Source: an uncultured Oscillospiraceae bacterium (GTDB lineage Bacteria > Bacillota > Clostridia > Oscillospirales > Oscillospiraceae). Taken from it: DNA of 32,000 bases. Below, one piece after another: positions 16,793 to 23,094 of this stretch. The stretch is taken from positions 3,790 through 35,789 of the forward strand of contig CAJUSE010000004.1 in NCBI GenBank assembly GCA_910588975.1. The letters are read 5' to 3'. Numbering within the stretch: the stretch's first letter is position 1; the number at the start of each line of letters is the position of its first letter. The notes below the pieces were generated by a model. The model made no database searches, was not told where the DNA came from, and saw only the letters and a list, made by a program, of their open reading frames with translations. The position numbers and the translations under genes are program-made.

Positions 16793-17737
16793 TCAGCGTG
16801 CCTGGGCTTCTTCATAGAGGGCGATGGCGCAGGCCACGTCCTCCACCGCCATGCCAAGGGCCTCGAAGAGGGTGATCTCCGCCTCCCCGGTCCGGCCGGG
16901 GAGGGTGCCCAGAAGCACGTCACCCAGAGTGCCGGCCAGATGCTCCCGGCCGTAAAGTCCCTCCTGCATGGGGATGAGGAAGTCTCCGCTCTCATGGAGG
17001 ACCGAGTCGATGTTGTCCCCGAAAAAGCGACAGTTTTGGGCCAGGGCCGAGTCGATCTCCCGGGCGTGAGGGGCACAGGCCCCCACGGCGTTGACATGGC
17101 AGCCCGGCTTGAGCCACTCATGGCGCAGAATGGGCTGGGTGGCGGGGGTGAGGGTACAGACGATGTCGGCATTGGCCACTGCCTGCTCCACAGTGCCGCA
17201 GACCTGGGCCTTTAGGCCAAGACCGTGGGCCAGCTCGGCCAAATGACGGGCATTGTCGGTGTTCACGTCCCAGCAGGTCACCTGCTTCAGGGGAAAGACC
17301 TGGGCGATGGACTTCAAGTGGGACTCCCCCTGGGCCCCGCAGCCCAGCAGGGCCAGCACCTCCGAGCCGGGCCGGGCCAAGGCCCGGGAGGCCAGGGCGC
17401 TGACCGCCCCGGTGCGGATCTGGGTGACGCTCATGGCGTCCACGCTGCACAGCACCTCGCCGTGCCCGGCGCCAAACAGGAGGATCTGCCCCTGGTGGGA
17501 GGGGTAGCCGGTGCCGGCGTTGGTGTGGTAGACGCTGATGATCTTGGCCCCAAAGTAGCCCTTTTCAAAATAGGCGGGCATAAGGCCCAGAATATTGGTG
17601 TTGGGCATATTGATGGCGGTGCGGAGGTACTGGGTGCAGCCCCCGGTCCGCTCCCGACGGAGGGTGTCCTCCATGACGGCCAGACAGGTTTCCGGCGTCA
17701 GGTGGGCCTCTACATAGGCCCGGTCAAAAACCAGCAT
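16793..17737 (-). CDS. Ornithine cyclodeaminase / mu-crystallin family protein
   Basis: The 314-aa product has a Rossmann GxGxxG motif (LLGCGAQG) and OCD-family context (MSVTQIRTGAVSALASR). Confidence 0.8.
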   Translation of the reverse strand: MLVFDRAYVEAHLTPETCLAVMEDTLRRERTGGCTQYLRTAINMPNTNILGLMPAYFEKGYFGAKIISVYHTNAGTGYPSHQGQILLFGAGHGEVLCSVDAMSVTQIRTGAVSALASRALARPGSEVLALLGCGAQGESHLKSIAQVFPLKQVTCWDVNTDNARHLAELAHGLGLKAQVCGTVEQAVANADIVCTLTPATQPILRHEWLKPGCHVNAVGACAPHAREIDSALAQNCRFFGDNIDSVLHESGDFLIPMQEGLYGREHLAGTLGDVLLGTLPGRTGEAEITLFEALGMAVEDVACAIALYEEAQAR

Positions 17738-17751
17738 GGGCGGCCCCCTCC

Positions 17752-18924
17752 TTATTCCTGTTCCTTCCAGGAGCGGGCCACCTGGAAGAGCTTGTCCATG
17801 TCCCCCTCGGTGGTGAAGGGGCCGATGGCAATGCGGACGTAGCCGTCCACCCCTTTGCTGATAAAGACCCCATGCTCCAGGAAATAGTCCACCATCTCGG
17901 CGTTGCGCTCCGCCTTCACGGCCATGGAGTGGCAGCGGTGCTTGGGGTCGAAGGGGGTGAGGATGTCATAGCCCAGCAGGGTGAGCTCCTTGTAGACCCG
18001 CTCAAAGCAGTCCGAGATGTGTGCGCCGATCTCCTCCAGCCCAATTTCCAGCAGCTTGCCGATGCCCGCACGCAGGCCGTAAATGGCCTGGAAGGGGATG
18101 GTGCCGCTCTCAAACTTCCGGGCGTCGATGGCGTCGGTCCCCTTGATCTCCCAGGTGTCCCGGTTGATGGACAAGGCGGGGCTGTCCCCGGCGGTGACGG
18201 GGCGTAGCTTGGCGAGAAGGGGGTCGCTGACATAGAGGAAGCCCACGCCCTCTACCCCCAGCAGGCCCTTGTAGCAGGAGCTGGCCACAGCGTCCACCCC
18301 CATGCTCTGCACGTCAAAGGACTGGAAGCCCAGGCCCTGGATGGCATCGGTGATGACACAGGCCCCCCGCTTGTGGCACTGCTCCACCAGATAGGGCAGG
18401 TCGATCTTGTAGCCGCTGCGGGACTGGACATAGCTGACCACCACGATGCGGGTGTGCTCGTCCACCTGCTCCAGCAGCTCCTCGGCGGAAAGAGTCATGC
18501 CGTTGGAGGGGACCACCCGGACCTCCACCCCCTTGTTTTTCAGGTAGAGACAGGGCATGAGGACAGAGACGTGCTCCAGATCGCCCACCACGATGTTCTC
18601 CCCGGGAGCGAAGGGGTAGCCCTGAAGCACGTCGCTAATGGCCTGGCAGGTGTTGGGGGTGAAGGCCAGGTTGTGGATGTCCCCGGCGTGGAGGAACAGC
18701 CGCAGCTGCTCCCGGGCATCGGCGATGACACCGATGGTCTCTCCCTTGCCCGCCCCGCCGGCCTTCACCAGCCCGGGCCGGATGTCGGCCTTGTGGTCCA
18801 TATAGGTATTCAGAGCCTGGCGGACAAAGTCATTGCCGCAGTTTTCGTAGGCGATGTCGAAGAAGGCCAGCTTTTCGGCCACGGGGAACTGGCTGTGAAG
18901 CTCCTTGACCCACTGCTTGTCCAT
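17752..18924 (-). CDS. Aminotransferase class V-fold PLP-dependent enzyme
   Basis: ATG at 18924 follows ggaggag. The product is about 390 aa, with a PLP-lysine region (SCYKGLLG) and DAIQGLG. Confidence 0.75.
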   Translation of the reverse strand: MDKQWVKELHSQFPVAEKLAFFDIAYENCGNDFVRQALNTYMDHKADIRPGLVKAGGAGKGETIGVIADAREQLRLFLHAGDIHNLAFTPNTCQAISDVLQGYPFAPGENIVVGDLEHVSVLMPCLYLKNKGVEVRVVPSNGMTLSAEELLEQVDEHTRIVVVSYVQSRSGYKIDLPYLVEQCHKRGACVITDAIQGLGFQSFDVQSMGVDAVASSCYKGLLGVEGVGFLYVSDPLLAKLRPVTAGDSPALSINRDTWEIKGTDAIDARKFESGTIPFQAIYGLRAGIGKLLEIGLEEIGAHISDCFERVYKELTLLGYDILTPFDPKHRCHSMAVKAERNAEMVDYFLEHGVFISKGVDGYVRIAIGPFTTEGDMDKLFQVARSWKEQE

Positions 18925-18959
18925 GTGATCTCCTCCAGTCAATAAATTTTGGTACTGTC

Positions 18960-18988
18960 ATATTAAACCTTTCAGGGACAGATTGCAA
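18960..18988 (-). promoter_or_regulatory. Candidate promoter for the aminotransferase/OCD operon
   Basis: On the minus strand: TTGCAA, a 17-nt spacer, then TAATAT. Confidence 0.45.
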
Positions 18989-19061
18989 CGGCTATTTATT
19001 GGGGGTGGGTTCGGTGCCGCAGTTTGCGAAAGGGAAAAAGGGGGCTTTTTTGCAAAGTGAC

Positions 19062-19090
19062 TTGATTTTTAGACCTGATGCCTCTATAAT
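19062..19090 (+). promoter_or_regulatory. Candidate promoter for the tatB-like/tatA/tatC operon
   Basis: TTGATT (19062-19067), a 17-nt spacer, then TATAAT (19085-19090). Confidence 0.6.
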
Positions 19091-19177
19091 GGTCTTTGTG
19101 AATTTTGAGGCCCTCTTTGTGCTGCCGGCCCGGTGGGCTGACAGAGCACAGGGAGACAGAGAGGAGCGTGAGAACCC

Positions 19178-19582
19178 GTGAGGATCGGCGCAACAGAACT
19201 TTTGGTGGTGTTTGTGGTGGCCCTTCTGGTCATCGGGCCGGATAAGCTGCCCGCTTTTGCCAAGAAGCTGGGAGAGGCCATGGGTCAGTTCAAGCGCTAT
19301 TCGGACAAGGTGGCCAAGGAGATCCAGGAAACCGTGGTAGAGCCCATGGAGGAGGTCGCCGAACCTATCCGCAAGGCCGTAGAACCCATCGAGGAGATGG
19401 ACAAGACCATCCGCAGCAGCGTGCGGGAGGTGGAGAAGTCCTTCTCGGATATTGGAAAGCCCGCAAAAAAGACCGCCTCTCCGGCCCGGGAGACTGCCGA
19501 GGCTTCGGAGGGCGAAGAAAAACCAGAAGTCACAGACAGCGAAAGCGCTGTGAAAAAGGAAGAGGAGGAGCAACAACAATGA
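19178..19582 (+). CDS. Twin-arginine translocase TatA/E/B family protein, long TatB-like form (copy 1)
   Basis: GTG start. The N-terminus reads MRIGATELLVVFVVALLVIGPDKLPAFAKKLG (TM segment, hinge, amphipathic helix) and is followed by a long acidic tail. Confidence 0.85.
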   Translation: MRIGATELLVVFVVALLVIGPDKLPAFAKKLGEAMGQFKRYSDKVAKEIQETVVEPMEEVAEPIRKAVEPIEEMDKTIRSSVREVEKSFSDIGKPAKKTASPARETAEASEGEEKPEVTDSESAVKKEEEEQQQ

Positions 19583-19764
19583 GATTGGGTACACTTGAAA
19601 TTCTGGCTATTCTGGGCATCGTCCTGCTGGTGTTCGGTCCCACCCAGCTGCCCAAGCTGACCAAGATGTTCGGCAAGAGCGTCAAGAGCTTTAAGGAGGG
19701 CGTGGAGGAGGACAAGTCCACCGCCGACAAGGGGACTGAGGATGGCGACAAAAAGGAAGACTGA
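19579..19764 (+). CDS. tatA: Twin-arginine translocase subunit TatA (copy 1)
   Basis: The product starts MRLGTLEILAILGIVLLVFGPTQLPKLTKMFGKSVKSFKEG. An ATGA overlap links it to the upstream gene. Confidence 0.9.
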   Translation: MRLGTLEILAILGIVLLVFGPTQLPKLTKMFGKSVKSFKEGVEEDKSTADKGTEDGDKKED

Positions 19765-20584
19765 GGCGACTGCCCAGGAAAAGCGGATGAAGCTGACAGG
19801 CCACCTGAAGGAGCTGCGCTCCCGGCTGGTGGTCTGCCTGCTGGTGCTTTTCGTGACCATTATCGTGGGCATCGGCCTGGCTCCCAAGCTGGTGGAGCAC
19901 CTGCTGAACATGGGCAAGGTCTACGGCTATCAGTATGTCTATCTGTCCCCCCAGGAGCTGCTGATGCAATACATGTCGGCGGCACTGGTTTTTGGCATCG
20001 TGGCCACCATGCCCCTGATTCTCTATCAGGTCTGGGCCTTTGCCAAGCCGGGGCTGACCAAGCGGGAGAACCGGGTGTTTTTGTGTGCCCTCATCTTTGG
20101 GACCATCTGCTTCTGCGTGGGTGTCTACTTCGCCTATCAGGTCATGCTGCCCACCATGCTGCTGTTTCTCAGCACGCTGGAAAACAGCGCTGAGGTGGCC
20201 GCCGCCATCTCGGTACAGAATTACATCTCCTTCCTGTTGACCATCTTCATCATCTTCGGCAGCGTGTTTGAGCTGCCCGTGCTGTCGGTGGTGCTGGATG
20301 CCGTGGGTATCCTGAAGGTGAAATGGATGAAGCAGGCCCGACGGTATGTCATTGTGGTCAGTTTCATCGTATCCGCCTTCATCACCCCTCCTGATGTGGT
20401 CAGCCAGGTCATGGTGGCCATCCCTGTTATGGGACTGTATGAGCTGAGCATCATCCTGTGCTCCATCGTGGAAAAGCTGCGGCGGAAAAAGCCCGAGGAG
20501 GATGACGAGGAGAGGGAGGCTTCCGAAAAGGGAGAAGCGTCCCCCGAGAAGGAAGAAGCGTCCCCTGAAAAGAACGAGGAGTAA
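19742..20584 (+). CDS. tatC: Twin-arginine translocase subunit TatC
   Basis: The product has 6 TM segments and TatC motifs (HLKELRSRL, PLILYQVWAFAKPGL, SAFITPPDVVSQ). An alternative start at 19787 is possible. The acidic C-terminal tail contains an EASPEK repeat. Confidence 0.9.
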   Translation: MATKRKTEATAQEKRMKLTGHLKELRSRLVVCLLVLFVTIIVGIGLAPKLVEHLLNMGKVYGYQYVYLSPQELLMQYMSAALVFGIVATMPLILYQVWAFAKPGLTKRENRVFLCALIFGTICFCVGVYFAYQVMLPTMLLFLSTLENSAEVAAAISVQNYISFLLTIFIIFGSVFELPVLSVVLDAVGILKVKWMKQARRYVIVVSFIVSAFITPPDVVSQVMVAIPVMGLYELSIILCSIVEKLRRKKPEEDDEEREASEKGEASPEKEEASPEKNEE

Positions 20585-20588
20585 GTCC

Positions 20589-20620
20589 GCCGCCCCGCTG
20601 GTACCAGCGGGGCGGCTTTT
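20589..20620 (+). terminator. Rho-independent terminator after tatC
   Basis: gccgccccgctgg-tac-ccagcggggcggc followed by tttt. Confidence 0.85.
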
Positions 20621-20635
20621 CGTGCGTTTGGGTCC

Positions 20636-20664
20636 TTTTCATCCGGCGGGCGGTGTGGTAGAAT
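20636..20664 (+). promoter_or_regulatory. Candidate promoter with extended -10 for the NTPase gene
   Basis: TTTTCA, a 17-nt spacer, then TAGAAT, with TGg immediately upstream of the -10. Confidence 0.4.
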
Positions 20665-20693
20665 GGGGGAAAAAACAGAAGGGGGGAGCGGGC

Positions 20694-21221
20694 ATGAAAA
20701 ACAACCTGTTTTTGACCGGAGACCGAAGGGTGGGCAAGAGCACCTGCATCGACCGGGCACTGGAGCAGGTGCGGGGTGAGGTGAGGGGCTTTCGCACTTA
20801 CTTTGCCGACGAGACCAGAGCGCAACTGCTGCTTTCTGACCCGGCGGGGCGACAGACCCAGGTAGCGGCCCGGCGGCGGGCAGAGGGGGGCTTTCAGGTT
20901 TTTGAGGAGGCCTTTGAGGGCTGCGGCGTGGAGCTGCTCCACTCCGGTTGGGAGGCAGATCTGATGCTTATGGATGAGCTGGGCAAGCTGGAGACTGGCT
21001 GCCCCCGGTTCCGCTCTGCCGTGCTGGAGACGCTGGAGCGCCCCGTCCCCGTGCTGGGGGTGCTGCGCCAAGGGGAGGGGGAGTGGCTGGATCTGCTCCA
21101 CCGCCACTCGGCCATAGAGGTGCTCACCGTAACAGAGGACAACCGGGAATGGGTCGGGGAGCAGCTGTCCCGCTGGCTGAGGGAGCTGGGGCTTGTGCCG
21201 GAGATTTGCCCCGGAGTGTAA
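20694..21221 (+). CDS. P-loop nucleoside-triphosphatase (THEP1/NTPase_1-like)
   Basis: ATG at 20694 follows gaaggggggag. Walker A is LTGDRRVGKST and Walker B is LMLMDELG. The product is 175 aa. Confidence 0.65.
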   Translation: MKNNLFLTGDRRVGKSTCIDRALEQVRGEVRGFRTYFADETRAQLLLSDPAGRQTQVAARRRAEGGFQVFEEAFEGCGVELLHSGWEADLMLMDELGKLETGCPRFRSAVLETLERPVPVLGVLRQGEGEWLDLLHRHSAIEVLTVTEDNREWVGEQLSRWLRELGLVPEICPGV

Positions 21222-21326
21222 GCCCGCCTGGCCTTGACGCAGGATTGCCTGAAAGGACTGGCCTCCAGCGCTTTGGCGCAGGTGGGAGATCGGGTCGAAA
21301 ACCCGCAAAAATATCTTGTTAATCTA

Positions 21327-21355
21327 TTGACATTTTCGGCCGAATGGAATAGAAT
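21327..21355 (+). promoter_or_regulatory. Strong candidate promoter for the tat2-AOR operon
   Basis: TTGACA (21327-21332), a 17-nt spacer, then TAGAAT (21350-21355). Confidence 0.65.
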
Positions 21356-21365
21356 ACATATGAAA

Positions 21366-21470
21366 ATTGAATAGTCTCCGAGTAGGGTCGGCCTAAGGAT
21401 AAGCATCTATGGCCGTCCTGCCAGGGCCAGGCCGGAAACGGCATGACCTTCCGTTGTGAAAAGGGGCTTC
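21366..21470 (+). promoter_or_regulatory. Structured 5' leader, candidate Moco/W-co (RF01055-like) riboswitch aptamer, copy R1
   Basis: It shares two conserved blocks with the leader at 27405-27520. These are tgaataNNCTCCGAG (21368-21382) and CCTTCCGTTNTGAAAAGGGGC (21447-21467), with similar spacing (64 vs 68 nt). It contains an internal GNRA hairpin gccg-gaaa-cggc (21431-21442). The class assignment rests on my recollection of the consensus, not on a covariance-model search. Confidence 0.5.
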
Positions 21471-21570
21471 ACACCCGCCGGGCATGACATTTGCGTGCCT
21501 TGGCCCGTTACTTCGTGTGGGACAGCTCTTTTTCAAGGAGAAAGTGCGCCCCATGGAGACAGGGGAAGCT

Positions 21571-21607
21571 GTGGGTGTTTTGGGAAACCGGGACACCTGT
21601 TTTTTTA
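21571..21607 (+). terminator. Weak candidate intrinsic terminator within the tat2 leader
   Basis: gggtgt-(14-nt loop)-acacct followed by g and seven T residues. The stem is short and includes a G-U pair. Confidence 0.3.
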
Positions 21608-21726
21608 CCCATTTTTTCGACAAATTTCGAGGGATTTCCCCGGGAGCGGGGGTCCACAAGACTATTTTGACCTCCTGGCACATAGATTGCCATGAACGGA
21701 TCAGAGGGAGAAAGAGGAGGAGACCC

Positions 21727-22179
21727 ATGAGGATCGGAGCAGTGGAACTGTTGGTGATATTTGCTGTGGCCCTTCTGGTCATCGGACCGGACAAGCTGCC
21801 CGCCTTCGCCAGAAAGCTGGGGGAGGTGCTGGGGCAGTTCAAGGGCTACTCGGATAAGGTGGCCAAGGAGATCCGGGAGACGGTGGTAGAGCCCATGGAG
21901 GAAGTGACCCAGCCCATTCGGGAGGCCATGAAGCCCATCGAGGAAGTGGACAAGACCATCCGCAGCAGTGTGCGGGATGTGGAGAAGTCCTTCTCCGGCA
22001 TCGGCAAGCCCACGAAGAAGCCGGTGTCCCAGCCCGCCGCTCCGGCGGAGGCGGAACAGGCACCCCCTGCGGAGGAGGCCCCCGCACCCCGGCCGGCAGA
22101 TCCGGAGGAAGAAGAGATATTAAGAGAGCTTAAGGAAATTCAGGTCGAGGAAGACCGTATGAAGGAGGAAGAAAAATGA
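21727..22179 (+). CDS. TatA/E/B family protein, long TatB-like form (copy 2)
   Basis: ATG at 21727 follows aaagaggaggag. Over the first 98 aa, 81 positions are identical to copy 1 (hand count). Confidence 0.85.
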   Translation: MRIGAVELLVIFAVALLVIGPDKLPAFARKLGEVLGQFKGYSDKVAKEIRETVVEPMEEVTQPIREAMKPIEEVDKTIRSSVRDVEKSFSGIGKPTKKPVSQPAAPAEAEQAPPAEEAPAPRPADPEEEEILRELKEIQVEEDRMKEEEK

Positions 22180-22358
22180 GATTGGGAACATTGGAGCTCC
22201 TGGCCATCCTGGCCATCGTGCTGGTGGTCTTCGGCCCGTCCCAGCTGCCCAAGCTGACTAAGATGTTTGGCAAGAGCGTGAAAAATTTCAGGGAGGCAGT
22301 GGACGAGACCGACAAGGAGGACACTGCCGACGAGAAGGGCGAGGACGACAAGTCCTGA
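22176..22358 (+). CDS. tatA: Twin-arginine translocase subunit TatA (copy 2)
   Basis: ATGA overlap with the upstream gene. Over the first 44 aa, 36 positions are identical to TatA copy 1 (hand count). Confidence 0.9.
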   Translation: MRLGTLELLAILAIVLVVFGPSQLPKLTKMFGKSVKNFREAVDETDKEDTADEKGEDDKS

Positions 22359-22450
22359 ATGTGGTTTAAGCCGCTTGTCAAAGCGCTTAAATAAAGAGAA
22401 AGCACAGGATGAAACGGCCTGTGCGAAATGAAAAGAGGAGGTCATCAATT

Positions 22451-23077
22451 ATGGCGAAAGAGAACTTTGCGAGCGCAGACATGACACGCCGCCAATTCCT
22501 GAAGATCTCGGGAAAGTCACTGGTAGGTCTGACCCTGTCTGCCTCATTCCTCTCCCTGGTGGGTTGTACCCAGGACCAGGTGGATGACGGCGATGTCATG
22601 GTCTGGGCTCTGCCCCAGGGCCTGCTTGTGGTCAACCAGGATAAGTGCACCGGCTGCCAGCGCTGCGAGATCAACTGCACCCTGGTCAACGACGGCGCTG
22701 TGTCCAGCTACATGTCCCGTGTGAAGGTGACCCGGAACCTGTTCTCCAGCAGAAACGGCTCCGGACTGTATACCGACGACCACTGGACCTACTTCCCCGA
22801 CACCTGCCGGCAGTGCGCCGACCCCGCCTGCGCTAAGGCCTGCCCCAAGGGCGCCATCTATGCCGACGAGAACGGCGTGAAGAAGGTGGACGAGGAGAAG
22901 TGTATCGGCTGCGGCGCTTGTACCGAGGCTTGCCCCTGGCACATGCCCACCGTGAACCCCATCACCAAGAAGTCGTCCAAGTGCATCCAGTGCGGCGCTT
23001 GCGTGGCCGGCTGCCCCTCGGGCGCTCTGTCCATCATCCCCTGGGAAGAGGTCGCTGCGGCCGCCCAGGCAGTCTAA
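22451..23077 (+). CDS. Tat-signal, lipobox-bearing 4x[4Fe-4S] ferredoxin-like subunit (DmsB/YdhX-like)
   Basis: ATG at 22451 follows gaggagg. The Tat motif TRRQFLK lies at 22484-22504 and the lipobox LVGC has its Cys codon at 22565-22567. Four cluster motifs are visible: CTGCQRCEINC, CRQCADPACAKACP, CIGCGACTEACP and CIQCGACVAGCP. Confidence 0.85.
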   Translation: MAKENFASADMTRRQFLKISGKSLVGLTLSASFLSLVGCTQDQVDDGDVMVWALPQGLLVVNQDKCTGCQRCEINCTLVNDGAVSSYMSRVKVTRNLFSSRNGSGLYTDDHWTYFPDTCRQCADPACAKACPKGAIYADENGVKKVDEEKCIGCGACTEACPWHMPTVNPITKKSSKCIQCGACVAGCPSGALSIIPWEEVAAAAQAV

Positions 23078-23094
23078 TATAGGGAGGTATAGAT

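Noticed and set aside
20500-20584. A tandem repeat at the 3' end of tatC (gaagcgtccccNgaRaag twice, encoding EASPEK EASPEK).
   Set aside because: There are only two short units inside a coding acidic tail. It is not a CRISPR array or a regulatory repeat, and is probably simple slippage in a disordered tail.
21484-21726. A possible 81-codon N-terminal extension of TatB-like copy 2 (track ORF 21484-22179).
   Set aside because: TatA/B proteins begin directly with the TM helix. The paralog at 19178 starts at the equivalent MRIGA, and a strong RBS precedes 21727. The extension also overlaps the riboswitch-like leader.
22366-22424. Two small hairpins between tatA2 and the FeS gene (ttaagccgc...gcgcttaa and cacagg...cctgtg).
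   Set aside because: The stems are short and neither is followed by a T-run. They are probably incidental or minor mRNA structure, and there is not enough evidence for a terminator or processing site.
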